Numbered from the stretch's first letter, positions 30,933-42,266 are shown. The stretch: DNA of 64,000 nt from an uncultured delta proteobacterium (GCA_963796055.1 CAWCKH010000004.1:1248001-1312000); one strand, 5' to 3'. Notes: generated from the sequence alone by a model not told the origin. Numbers and translations are program-made.

Positions 30933-32011
30933 GGCGCGCCCTCCTCTCTCTCGGCGCTCTGGGCGTCCTGGCCTGCAGCGCTGCCGCAGGCTTCATGAAG
31001 GGCGACACCAACTCCATCGTCAGCGGGATCGCCGAGTCGACCACCACCGTGGTGGGCCTCACCCAGGACCTCTCCAAGTGCGACCAGATCGGCGCGGCCG
31101 AGGTCACCTTCGACGAGGAGCGGACCATCGGCGGCACGGTGGCGCTCAACTGGGTGCAGCAGGGCAGCGGGCTCCTGGTCGACGTGCCCACGGGCGACGC
31201 GGCCGCGCTGGGCAATCCCAAGGCGCTCGGCGTCCAGCAGACGCCCCGGAACCAGCTGCACAGGTACCTGAACGTGGTGGGGAAGAACCTCGCTTCGCGC
31301 TCCGGCCGCCCCACCCTGCAATGGACCTTCGGGGTGCTGGACTCGGAGGTGGTGAACGCGGTCTCCGCCCCCGGCGGCTACGTCTTCGTGACCCGTGGGC
31401 TGCTGAAGCGGGTGAACAACGAGGCGGCGCTGGCCGGCATCCTCTCGCACGAGATCGCCCACGTCACGCGCAAGGACGCCTTCGCCATCTACCAGAAGAC
31501 CAAGGTCGACCAGTGCAAGAGCCTGGCGTACGCCAAGGCCGGGCAGAAGGAGGGCGCGGCGGTGCTGCGCACCTACTCGCCCGGGTTCATCAACCAGGCC
31601 TACTCCGCGCTGCAGGCCTTCAGCGGAGGAGCACTGGACCTGAACGCCGCGGCGAACAACGCGCTCCTGACCCTGTTCAGCGACGAGTTCGTCCACCGCT
31701 ACCTCGAGGGCGGCTATGCGCGCGACCAGGAGATGCAGGCCGATGCGACCGGCCTCGAGCTGGCGGTGGCCTCGGGCTACAGCCCGCGCGGCTTCGTGGA
31801 CTTCATCGGGGCGCTCCCTGCCGGACAGAACTTCTTCGCCCACCACCCGCCACCGAGTGACCGGGTGGCCTCGATGAAGCTGCTGCTGGGGAAGACGCGG
31901 CTGGCGAGCGCGACCTCCAGCCCGACGGGCTCACCCTTCTCGCCCTTCAGCCAGGACATGTCGCACCTGCCGCTGGTGCCCCTGCGGGACGAGCTGGCCG
32001 CGGCGCGCTGA
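30929..32011 (+). CDS. M48 family zinc metallopeptidase (exported)
   Basis: VNAVSAPGGYVFVTRGLL, LAGILSHEIAH, QEMQAD, HHPPPSDR; GTGA overlap with the SH3 gene. Confidence 0.88.
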   Translation: MRRALLSLGALGVLACSAAAGFMKGDTNSIVSGIAESTTTVVGLTQDLSKCDQIGAAEVTFDEERTIGGTVALNWVQQGSGLLVDVPTGDAAALGNPKALGVQQTPRNQLHRYLNVVGKNLASRSGRPTLQWTFGVLDSEVVNAVSAPGGYVFVTRGLLKRVNNEAALAGILSHEIAHVTRKDAFAIYQKTKVDQCKSLAYAKAGQKEGAAVLRTYSPGFINQAYSALQAFSGGALDLNAAANNALLTLFSDEFVHRYLEGGYARDQEMQADATGLELAVASGYSPRGFVDFIGALPAGQNFFAHHPPPSDRVASMKLLLGKTRLASATSSPTGSPFSPFSQDMSHLPLVPLRDELAAAR

Positions 32012-32025
32012 CCGAAGTCTCATGA

Positions 32026-33378
32026 TCAGCGGCGCGCGGCCTCGGTCAACGCGCGGTGGACCGACTCCAGCGCCTTCCGGGCCTCGAGCAGCTCCGCGCG
32101 CTCGGCGGTGAGGTCCGCCACCTGGCGGGCCAGCGTGTCGCGCTCGGCGCTCAGGACCTCGACGGACTTCTTGAGCTGGACCGAGTCGTCGCGGAAGCGC
32201 TCCAGCTCCCCGGCCAGGCGCTCCTCCTCGGAGAGGCTGTCGGCGAGCTCGGCGTCCTTCTTCTTCAGCTCGATCGAGAGGCGCTCGCGGTCCTCGCGCT
32301 CGGCCGCGGCCTGGGTGCGGGCTTCCTGCACCGCCAGCAGCGCCTCGTCCCGTTCGCCCTCGACCGACTGCAGCTCCCGCTCCAGCTCGGAGAGGAGACC
32401 GGCGCGCTCCTCCATCTGCGCCGCCAGCCGACGCGCCTCCTCCACCCGCGCCCGGGCCTCCTCGGTGGCGCGCTCGGCGGCTCGCCGGGCCACGTCCAGA
32501 TCGTGCTGGAGCGCGGCATTGTGCTGCTTCACCGCGGTGAGCTCGGTCTGCAGCTGGGCGATGCGCTCCACTGCCAGCACGCCCGCCGCCGCCACGCTGG
32601 TGGGCAGGGGCTCGGGCCGCGGATGCTCGCGGACGGTGCGCAGCCGCTCCCGCAGCCGCTCGCGGCGGGCCAGGTTGTCGTCGGGGGGCGGCACCGCGGC
32701 GCGGCGAGCCACGGGCTCGACGGCGGTGACCTCCGGAGCCAGGGTCTCGGTGCGCACCGTCGCCGCCGCGCGGCGCTCGCTGCCCGGCGCGGCGCTGGCG
32801 CTCGGAGCGGCTGCTCGAGGCGCCGGCACGGGCACGGGTGCGGCGACTGCGGGCTGGCGTTCCCGCGGCGCGGACGGTGGGGGCGAGGACACCCGCCCGG
32901 AGGCCGCCCCGGACGAGGAGACCGACGGACTGCGGGCTGGAGCCCGAGACTCCGCCCCGGCGGCCCGTCGCGCCGCTGACTGCGGACCCGAGACCGCGGT
33001 CGCCCCGGACGGCGCGGACCCGTGCGCTGCCGTCGCGCCGCGGGCTAGGACGCCGACCGCCACCGCGACCCGCTCCTCCTCCACCAGCGGCTCGGCCACC
33101 GCGGCAGCCTCACGCAAGGTCGCCTCCACCCGGCTCCGGGTCGAGACCTCCTCGGCCTCCTCCGCGGCGGTTGCCCGGGCGGCCGCGGCGAGCACCTCGC
33201 GGGCGGTGGGCGCCTGGGCCTCGGCGGCGGCCTGCTGGCCGGCCACCTGGGCGGCGACCTCGTAGACCCAGTCCTCCTCGGAACCGGGCGGCTCGGGAGC
33301 AATGGACTCGGGTGACGACCCGCCGAGCTTCAGCCTCGGCTTGGCGCGGGACACGTTCTGATCGAAGGCTTTCTTCAT
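32026..33378 (-). CDS. pomX: PomX cell-division positioning protein
   Basis: N-terminus MKKAFDQNVSRAKPRLKLG matches the recalled M. xanthus PomX ATPase-activating peptide; Ala/Pro-rich linker; C-terminal coiled coil; next to a ParA. Confidence 0.85.
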   Translation of the reverse strand: MKKAFDQNVSRAKPRLKLGGSSPESIAPEPPGSEEDWVYEVAAQVAGQQAAAEAQAPTAREVLAAAARATAAEEAEEVSTRSRVEATLREAAAVAEPLVEEERVAVAVGVLARGATAAHGSAPSGATAVSGPQSAARRAAGAESRAPARSPSVSSSGAASGRVSSPPPSAPRERQPAVAAPVPVPAPRAAAPSASAAPGSERRAAATVRTETLAPEVTAVEPVARRAAVPPPDDNLARRERLRERLRTVREHPRPEPLPTSVAAAGVLAVERIAQLQTELTAVKQHNAALQHDLDVARRAAERATEEARARVEEARRLAAQMEERAGLLSELERELQSVEGERDEALLAVQEARTQAAAEREDRERLSIELKKKDAELADSLSEEERLAGELERFRDDSVQLKKSVEVLSAERDTLARQVADLTAERAELLEARKALESVHRALTEAARR

Positions 33379-33388
33379 CGGCTCTCCC

Positions 33389-34342
33389 CTACCCCGCCCG
33401 CGCGTCGGTGGCGGCCCGTACCCGTGACTGCTCCAGCCGGTGCAGCACTTCCCGAAGGAACGCATCCACGTCGTGCGCGCCCTTCGAGTCCCGCTCGGAA
33501 ATGAACACCGGCACGCCCTCGCTCGAGGCCTGGGCGAACTTGGTGCACTGCCGCACCAGGGTGGTCAGGAGGTACTCCGGGTAGTGCTCCCGCAGCGCGG
33601 CCAGGGCTTCCTTGGCCAGCTTGTAGGTCTGGTTGTACGCGTTGACGACGATGAACACGTGGTCGAGCACGTGGTTCAGGTCCTCCTCGAGACTTTGCAC
33701 GGTCTCGAAGAGCAGCTTCAGCCCGTGGAAGGAGAGGAAGTCCGGCAGCACCGGGACGAAGAGGTCCTGCGCCGCCATGAGCGCGTTCAGGTTCAGCAGC
33801 CCGAAGGACGGCGGGGCGTCGAAGACCACCACGTCGTAGCGGTCCTCGACCTCCTCCACCGCCTTGCGCAGCTTGAACTCCCGCCCGGCCATGGGCATCA
33901 ACGCCAGGTCCACCGTGCTCATCCCCAGGTTGCTGGGGACGAAGTCCAGGTTCGGCAGCGGCGTGTGCTGGATGGCCTCGGACAGCGGCACCTTCCGCAC
34001 CAGCACGTGGAGCAGGGTCTTCTCGAAATCCTCGCCCTCGTAGCCCAGGCACTTGGTGGCGTGGCCCTGGCTGTCCAGGTCCACCAGGAGCACCGAGTGG
34101 CCCAGCTCGGCCAGACGGTAGGCATACGCGGTGGAGAGCGAGGTCTTCCCGGTACCGCCCTTGAAGTTGAGGAACAGCTGCTTCCGCCGGCCGAGCGGGC
34201 GCGGGTAGAGGCGGAGCGCCTTGCGCAGCGCCCAGAGGTCCTGCGCCGAGTAGCTGTTCTGGTCCAGCGCGGAGCGGAGCGCCTTGGCCGCGATGCCGAG
34301 CAGCTCGGCGGTCGTCTTCGGGGTGTAGATGGGAAGGTCCAT
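33389..34342 (-). CDS. pomZ: PomZ ParA/MinD-family ATPase
   Basis: Deviant Walker A KGGTGKT, DLDSQG, FDAPP; between pomY-like and pomX-like genes. Confidence 0.88.
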   Translation of the reverse strand: MDLPIYTPKTTAELLGIAAKALRSALDQNSYSAQDLWALRKALRLYPRPLGRRKQLFLNFKGGTGKTSLSTAYAYRLAELGHSVLLVDLDSQGHATKCLGYEGEDFEKTLLHVLVRKVPLSEAIQHTPLPNLDFVPSNLGMSTVDLALMPMAGREFKLRKAVEEVEDRYDVVVFDAPPSFGLLNLNALMAAQDLFVPVLPDFLSFHGLKLLFETVQSLEEDLNHVLDHVFIVVNAYNQTYKLAKEALAALREHYPEYLLTTLVRQCTKFAQASSEGVPVFISERDSKGAHDVDAFLREVLHRLEQSRVRAATDARAG

Positions 34343-34361
34343 CTGTCAGTCCTCGTGCTCG

Positions 34362-36065
34362 TCAGGCGACGAACAGCTTTGCCCCGCGCCGGACCACCTG
34401 CCCGCGCGCCGTGAGAAGTGCTGCGGCCTCGATCACCCGCTCGTCCGTCACGCCCAGGTGCGTCGCCAGGTCCACCACGGTCCGCCCACGCATCGAGGTG
34501 CGGAGCTCGGAGGCGATCTGCAGGCAGAGCGCCTCGTCGGCGTGCAGGCCCGCCCCGGAGTGCTCGCGCTCGGGGGGCGGGAGCGCCACCTCGATGCGGG
34601 CGGGCTCGGGCGCGCCCGACGCGCGCGGGCCCGCGGGAACGGATTCCCCGGCGGGCAGCGAGCAGTGGGCATCGAGCGCGGGCACCGGGCCGCTCTCGTC
34701 GCGCTCGGGTGGGGCGCTCTCCACCGCGGGCCGGGGCGGCTGGGGCACGGGGCGGACCCGCTGTGACAGGGGAAGCGGGGCGACCGTCGCCAGCCGCCGC
34801 ACCTCCCGCCGGCGGTCGTCGTCGGAGAGCGTGGCAACGTGGCCCACGTCGATGCCCAGCAGACTGGAGAGACTCCGGCCGGCCGCGCGGCGGACACCCA
34901 GGTCCGGATCCTCCAGAGCCCCGAGCAGCCGCGAGCGGGCCTGCTCGCCTCCCGCTGCGCCCGCGGCGAGGACGGCCAGGCGGCGGACCTCGGGATCCGG
35001 ATCACGCGAGACCTGCCGCTCCAGCTCGAGCATCCGCTCCGGGCCGAGCGAGACGGCCAGGAGCGCGGTGCGCCGGCGAACCGAGGCGTCCGGGTCGTGC
35101 GCGGCGCGGGAGAGGTGCGCTGGCGCCGTCTCCGGGTCCAGATGGGTGATGGCCCGGAGCGCCGCGATGCGCACCGCGGGCTCGGGCGCGCCGAGCAGCG
35201 GCTCGACCACCGCCGCGCCCTCGCGGGCGGCCAGCGCCCGGAACGCCTCGAGCAGGCCGACCAGCACCGTGTCGTCCCGCTCCGCATGGAGCGCCACCGC
35301 CAGGGCCGGGGCAGCGGCGCGGTCACCGAGCGTGCGCAGGCGCTCGGCGGCGCGCGTCCGGGCGGACGGGTCCGGGCTGGAGAGCTCGCGGATGGAGAAG
35401 CCGAAGAGGCTCTCCTCGCCGAGGCGGGGGCTGGGGGGCACGGCGAGGCGGCCCTGCTCGAAGAGACGCTCCGCTTCCCGGGTCACGGCGAGCATGGTGG
35501 CCGCCGAGGAGACGGGCGAATCGGGCATGCTCCGGGGAGTGGCCGCAGAAACGCCGGGCCCCGGAACGCCCGCGGACGACGCCCGCACCACCACCGTTTC
35601 CAGCGCTGGCGCCTCCGCACGGACCGGCACCGTGCCATCGAGCGTCGCCGCCGGCTCGGTCCGCCTGTCCGCCAGAATCTCGCGCGGCCGGAGCGCGATC
35701 GCCTCGGCCCGCAGGTCGGCGATGAACCCGGCGAGGTCGAAGTCCAGCCCGGCCTCGTGGCCCTGGATGCGAGCGGCCTCCAGCACCTTCCCCATCAGCC
35801 CGGCGCGCTCGGCCCGCATCGCCTCGATCACCCGCGCGGTCTCCTCGCGTTCGCGGTGGGCGCGGCCCAGCTCCACCTCCAGCTCGGCCACCCGGCGGCG
35901 CAGCTCGACCTCACGCTGGGAGGCAGCGGCGAGATCGGCGCGCAGGGCATCGGCCTCCGCCCGGAGCGTCGCCGCATCAGCCTGGAGCGTCTCCGAGCGT
36001 GCCTCGAAGTAGACAATCTTCTCGAGGGCACTCCGCAAGAGCGCCTCTGCCCGTCCATCGCTCAC
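34362..36065 (-). CDS. pomY: PomY (coiled coil, HEAT repeats, Pro-rich region, C-terminal wHTH-like end)
   Basis: LRSALEKIVYFEAR coiled coil; HEAT repeats (DPSAR, EPAVR, DASVR, DPEVR, DLGVR); gene order; GTG start estimated. Confidence 0.8.
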   Translation of the reverse strand: MSDGRAEALLRSALEKIVYFEARSETLQADAATLRAEADALRADLAAASQREVELRRRVAELEVELGRAHREREETARVIEAMRAERAGLMGKVLEAARIQGHEAGLDFDLAGFIADLRAEAIALRPREILADRRTEPAATLDGTVPVRAEAPALETVVVRASSAGVPGPGVSAATPRSMPDSPVSSAATMLAVTREAERLFEQGRLAVPPSPRLGEESLFGFSIRELSSPDPSARTRAAERLRTLGDRAAAPALAVALHAERDDTVLVGLLEAFRALAAREGAAVVEPLLGAPEPAVRIAALRAITHLDPETAPAHLSRAAHDPDASVRRRTALLAVSLGPERMLELERQVSRDPDPEVRRLAVLAAGAAGGEQARSRLLGALEDPDLGVRRAAGRSLSSLLGIDVGHVATLSDDDRRREVRRLATVAPLPLSQRVRPVPQPPRPAVESAPPERDESGPVPALDAHCSLPAGESVPAGPRASGAPEPARIEVALPPPEREHSGAGLHADEALCLQIASELRTSMRGRTVVDLATHLGVTDERVIEAAALLTARGQVVRRGAKLFVA

Positions 36066-36127
36066 CGGCCAGGCAGTGTACAGGGCTGATCCGTCGTCGC
36101 CAGTCTTGTGACACCTGCGACAGGAAG

Positions 36128-37669
36128 CTACCGGGCAGGCGTCTGGGCCGGGGGCGCCGGCTCCGTCATTCCGGGGCCCTGGGCCACGTTCTTGCCGGGG
36201 GCCGGGGGCGCCGGCGGAGCGTACGCCTCGGCGAGGCTGACGGTGGCCTCGCCGACCTTCGGGGAGAGCCGGTCCACCGTCTCGGTGAGGCTGTTGGCGA
36301 GGTCGGTCTGCGCGGCGGCGGCGCGCCGGAGCTGCCGCTCGAGCTTGCCCATGTGCTCGTAGTGTTCGCGGTCCCGCGCCGCCTGCCCCTGGGCGGTGCG
36401 GAGCTCGAGCGCGAGCCCGGCGTTGGCACGGAGCCCGTCCAGCACCCGCTCCACCAGCACCTGGCCGTCGGCGTCGAGACCGCCCTTGTGGTACGCCTTG
36501 AGCCCGAATCGGCCTCCGATCCAGACCCGGCCCAGCTCCCCGTAACCTTCCTCGGGACCCTCCGGCAGGTCCTCGACCACCAGCGCGGGCGTGCTCCGCA
36601 GGGGGAAGCCGGGGGACATCACCTCGAAGATCAGCGCGCCGTCGCTGCGCGCCCGGGCCACCGCCACCGCCCCGTCGAAGGGGAAGAACGGGTCGAGGGC
36701 ACCGTCGAGGCCCGAGACCAGCCGCGTGCGCGCCTTGCGATCCAGGGCGGACACCTCCCCGCGGTCGCGGCGGGGACTCTTCTTCAGGGTGGTCATCATG
36801 TCGCGCACCTGGTCGATGGCGACGACGACGTTCAGGGGCGTGTTGCCGGCGTATCCGGCGTGGTAGACGCCGACCAGCTCGAACTCGCCGGTGCGGCAGG
36901 ACACCGCGAGCACCGGCGAGCCGGAGTTCCCGGGCGACAGCTGCGCGTCCACCACGAAGTCGACGTGATCCCAGTCCTTCTCGTCGTCGTGGTCGTAGGT
37001 GGAAACGACCTTGCCCACGTTGGTGGCCTTGAACGCGCCGAGGGGGAAGCCGCGCACGTCCACCACGTTGCGCTCCTTGAGGTCCGCCGAGCGGCCCACC
37101 TTCCAGGGGAGGATCGGCAGCAGCCCGTGCGCCTTGAGCACCGCCATGTCCATCGACTTGTCGGTAACCACCCGCTGGAGCGGCATGTCGTCGCGGTCGT
37201 AGGTATCGCGCTCGGACTCGACGATCTTCAGCTGGTCCGACACGCGCTTGCACCCGGGGGGCACCTCGTCGATCTTGTGCTCGTCGTCGGTGACCGCCGG
37301 CCACTCGGCGACGTGGTGGTTGGTGAGGATGTACGTCTCGCCATTCTGCTGCCGGTAGCCGAAGCCGGTGCCGTGGGCGAGCGCCTTGCGCCGCACCCGC
37401 CGGACGTTCCCGTCGCCGGCGTAGCTGAGGCACTCGTAGGTGGCAGTGGTGCGGATGGCGTAGACCCAGGACTGCGACTGGGGCTTCTGCTCGGCCTCGC
37501 GGGCGGCGGGCGACAGGGCGGCGAAGTCGTCCGCGTAAGCGCCTGCACAGTACGCACCCTTGCCCGAGGGGATGCCACCCGGGCCGCCCCGGGCCTGCAC
37601 CCGCGGGGCGACGATGGCGGTCACACCCACGAAGGTCAGCGCCAGACCTGCGACCGCTCCACGCTTCAT
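36128..37669 (-). CDS. Exported trypsin-like (S1) serine protease
   Basis: GTGFG, LTNHHV, DMAVL, GFPLG, PGNSGSP catalytic motifs; N-terminal hydrophobic segment. Confidence 0.85.
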   Translation of the reverse strand: MKRGAVAGLALTFVGVTAIVAPRVQARGGPGGIPSGKGAYCAGAYADDFAALSPAAREAEQKPQSQSWVYAIRTTATYECLSYAGDGNVRRVRRKALAHGTGFGYRQQNGETYILTNHHVAEWPAVTDDEHKIDEVPPGCKRVSDQLKIVESERDTYDRDDMPLQRVVTDKSMDMAVLKAHGLLPILPWKVGRSADLKERNVVDVRGFPLGAFKATNVGKVVSTYDHDDEKDWDHVDFVVDAQLSPGNSGSPVLAVSCRTGEFELVGVYHAGYAGNTPLNVVVAIDQVRDMMTTLKKSPRRDRGEVSALDRKARTRLVSGLDGALDPFFPFDGAVAVARARSDGALIFEVMSPGFPLRSTPALVVEDLPEGPEEGYGELGRVWIGGRFGLKAYHKGGLDADGQVLVERVLDGLRANAGLALELRTAQGQAARDREHYEHMGKLERQLRRAAAAQTDLANSLTETVDRLSPKVGEATVSLAEAYAPPAPPAPGKNVAQGPGMTEPAPPAQTPAR

Positions 37670-37920
37670 CCACACCCGCCTTCGCGCGCTGGCCTCGGTT
37701 TCCTGCTCCATGGGTGGCCCCGGTCCGATCAGTCTAGGCCCGGCAGCCGCCCCAACGCGCGGCCACCCTCTGGTCTTCCTGACCCGCTGCGGCGTGACAC
37801 GAGGCGGTGGGGCAGCACTCGCCTGCACGCCGCGTCGTTGCACCTGACATGGGTGCTTGACACTCCGGTACGGCTGCCGGAGCGTCCCGCGGCGCAGTTC
37901 CCACCTCAGGGGAGACCCGC

Positions 37921-38190
37921 ATGAACTTCCGCACTCTCGCGCTCGCCGCTGCCCTCGTGGTTCCCGCGGCCGCGCTGGCCGAGCACACCTACCAGGTGAC
38001 CGGGCCGGTCGTCTCCTCGACGCCCGAGTCGATCACCGTGAAGAAGGGCAGCGAGAACTGGGAGATTGCCCGGGGCGACGACAAGACGGACGTCAAGCCC
38101 GGAGACAAGGTGACGATCACCTACGCGATGACCGCGAAGAAGGTGGAGGTGAAGCCGGCCTCGAGCGGAGCCAAGAAGGCGAAGAAGTAG
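37921..38190 (+). CDS. Small secreted OB-fold-like protein
   Basis: Signal peptide ALA; VTGPVV..VKPGDKVTITY; GGGAG RBS. Confidence 0.7.
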   Translation: MNFRTLALAAALVVPAAALAEHTYQVTGPVVSSTPESITVKKGSENWEIARGDDKTDVKPGDKVTITYAMTAKKVEVKPASSGAKKAKK

Positions 38191-38215
38191 CCCGGGCCGA
38201 TCAGGCTCTGCCCCC

Positions 38216-39892
<1,677 letters not shown>

Positions 39893-40105
39893 CGGAGCGC
39901 GCGACAGTACAGCGCGCGCCGCACCGGGCAAGCGGCGATGTCGTGCCGGACCCTGTACGAAAGCAGCCAGACGGGCAGTCACCCAGCAGACCGCTTGCCG
40001 CGGGGTTCACAGTAGGGGTGGTGTTGGGGGGCGCATCCGACCTAGACCCCCTCGGCAGTGTCCTGGCACGTGCGCAACAGTCAGGCGAGCAGGCGCGGCA
40101 ACGGG

Positions 40106-42178
40106 ATGACGAGCGATTTCGGGTACCAGCTGTTGACCAAGCTCGACGATGGGCCGTCCGGGACGGCCTGGCGTGCGCGTGCCCGCACAAGCGGAGGGCG
40201 GGCCATGGTCCGGGTCTTCCACGGAAGTCGCTGGGGGGACGAGGAGGCACGGGGGGCGTTCCAGGAGCGCGCCGAGACCCTGGGTCGGCTCGACCATCCC
40301 CACCTTGCACGGCAGCTCCAGGCCGGGTGCCTCGACGACGGGCGGCCCTACGTGGTGAGCGAGTACCTCGACGGCGAGGACCTGGGCGCCCACCTCCGGC
40401 GGTCAGGACCCCTGACCCCCGACGAGCTCGGGCTGCTGCTCCTCCCGCTGTGCAGCGTCCTGGAAGAGCTGCGGGGACGCGGCATCGTGGTCCAGGCGCT
40501 CCCCCCGTCACAGGTGTTCCTGGTGGGCGGAGTGACGCGCTTCGCCCCGAAGCTGATCGGCCCGGGCCTGGGGGACGCCGGCCACGCCTTCGACCCGCGC
40601 GGGGACGTCGCCGCCCTCGGACGTCTCATGCGCGAAGGCTGCCCCGAGCACCTCGGCTGGCTGGAAGGGGTGCACGCCGGGTGCGTCCTGGCGACGGACG
40701 AGGGCGGGTTTGCCAGCCCCGGCGAGGTGGCGCGCGCGCTCCTCGAGGCGCAGCCGCGCACGCAGCTGCTGCCGACCAAGGAGGGCGGTGAGCAGCCTCC
40801 TCTCCTCCTGGTCGACGAGTCCGAGCGGGAGAAGCCGGGCGACGTCCTCGGCCAGTACCGCCTCGAGCGCATGCTGGGCGAGGGAGCGATGGGCCGGGTG
40901 TTCCAGGCCCGCCACGTGAGCCTCGGACGGCCGGCCGCGGTGAAGGTGCTCCGGGCCGAGCACGCGAAGAACGGGCACCTCATCCAGCGCTTCTTCCACG
41001 AGGCGCGCGCGGTCAACCAGATCAACCACGCGCACATCGTGGAGATCCTCGACTTCGTCGAGGAGACCGCGGTGTCCGGCCGGTCGCGCGTGTACTGCGT
41101 GATGGAGATGCTCGAGGGCCAGAGCCTCACCGAGCTGCTGGCCAGAGCCCAGCCGGGGGTGGCGCGGGCGGTGGGCATCGTCCGGCAGGTCTGTGATGCG
41201 CTCCAGGCGGCGCACGACGTGGGCGTCATCCACCGCGACGTGAAGCCGGACAACCTCTTCGTGCTCGAGCGCGATGGGCGCGACTTCGTGAAGGTGCTGG
41301 ACTTCGGGGTGGCCAAGCTGGTCGCCCCGCTCGGCGACGTGCCGCTGACCACCACCGTCGAGGGCACCATCGTCGGGACGCCGGCGTACATGGCGCCGGA
41401 GCAGGCCACGGGCGGGAACGCCGACGCGCGGACCGACCTCTACTCGGTGGGCGTGGTCCTCTACGAGCTGCTGGCCGGGCACCCGCCGTTCCAGGCGCCG
41501 GCGTTCGGCCAGCTCGTCGCCCAGGTGCTGTCGTCGCCCCCGCCGCCGTTGCCGACCTGCACCCGGAGCGGCGATCGCATCTCCGGCGCGCTCGGGGCGG
41601 TGGTGAAGCGGTGCCTGGCGAAGAACCCCGACGATCGGTACCAGTCCCTGCGCGAGCTGGCCGGCGCGCTCGAGGTCGCCGCGCAGGCACCGCTGCGCCG
41701 GGGACCGCCGCCCTGGATGGTGGCTGCCGGGGCACTGGCGGTGCTCGGGCTCGGGACAGGGGTGGCGACGGTCCGCTCGGTCCGGCGGCCGGCCGCGCCA
41801 CTACCGGTGGTGACCGGGAAGGTCGTCGCCCTGTCCGCCGTGGCGCGGCCCCCGGAGCCCGCGCCGGTCACGTCCGTGCCCACGTCCCCCCCGGCGGAGG
41901 TCCAGGTGACCGTGGTGTCGGTTCCCCCCGGTGCGCGCGTGGTCGAGCTTCCCTCGGGCCGGACGCTGGGCACGACACCTCTGAGCGCCACCCTCCTCCG
42001 CTCGAGCGAACCGAGCCGGCTGCGGCTGGAGCACCCCGGCCGACGCCCGACCGAGGTCGAGCTGGTTCCGGACGCGGAGAGCGAGGTCCACGTGGCGCTC
42101 CCCCGGGCGCCCCGGGCCGTCCGCGCGGGCGGGAAGACGGCCCGGAACGAGAAGCACCCCGATCCGTTCAAGCTGTAG
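40106..42178 (+). CDS. Ser/Thr protein kinase with N-terminal pseudokinase, TM and PEGA-like C-terminus
   Basis: Second domain intact (GEGAMG, AAVK, HRDVKPDN, DFG, APE); first domain degenerate. Confidence 0.88.
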   Translation: MTSDFGYQLLTKLDDGPSGTAWRARARTSGGRAMVRVFHGSRWGDEEARGAFQERAETLGRLDHPHLARQLQAGCLDDGRPYVVSEYLDGEDLGAHLRRSGPLTPDELGLLLLPLCSVLEELRGRGIVVQALPPSQVFLVGGVTRFAPKLIGPGLGDAGHAFDPRGDVAALGRLMREGCPEHLGWLEGVHAGCVLATDEGGFASPGEVARALLEAQPRTQLLPTKEGGEQPPLLLVDESEREKPGDVLGQYRLERMLGEGAMGRVFQARHVSLGRPAAVKVLRAEHAKNGHLIQRFFHEARAVNQINHAHIVEILDFVEETAVSGRSRVYCVMEMLEGQSLTELLARAQPGVARAVGIVRQVCDALQAAHDVGVIHRDVKPDNLFVLERDGRDFVKVLDFGVAKLVAPLGDVPLTTTVEGTIVGTPAYMAPEQATGGNADARTDLYSVGVVLYELLAGHPPFQAPAFGQLVAQVLSSPPPPLPTCTRSGDRISGALGAVVKRCLAKNPDDRYQSLRELAGALEVAAQAPLRRGPPPWMVAAGALAVLGLGTGVATVRSVRRPAAPLPVVTGKVVALSAVARPPEPAPVTSVPTSPPAEVQVTVVSVPPGARVVELPSGRTLGTTPLSATLLRSSEPSRLRLEHPGRRPTEVELVPDAESEVHVALPRAPRAVRAGGKTARNEKHPDPFKL

Positions 42179-42199
42179 AGGCGCCCGTGGCAGAACTGC

Positions 42200-42252
42200 C
42201 TCCGGGTGCGAGGGGGTTCCCCCCCGCGGTGCGACGCCCCTCGCACCCGGAG
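42200..42252. terminator. Perfect 16-bp inverted repeat between convergent genes
   Basis: CTCCGGGTGCGAGGGG 42200-42215 / CCCCTCGCACCCGGAG 42237-42252; no U-tract. Confidence 0.6.
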
Positions 42253-42266
42253 CCCTGCACTTCTGG

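Noticed and set aside
33389..34342. Plasmid or prophage partition ParA
   Set aside because: No parB, rep or integrase; flanked by pomX/pomY-like genes
34362..37673. 1103-aa ORF as a single protein
   Set aside because: The N-terminal half is an off-frame overlap of the serine protease; protein-like sequence starts near 36065 (pomY)
40064..40080. TGGCACG upstream of the kinase as a sigma54 promoter
   Set aside because: No GC at the required -12 spacing
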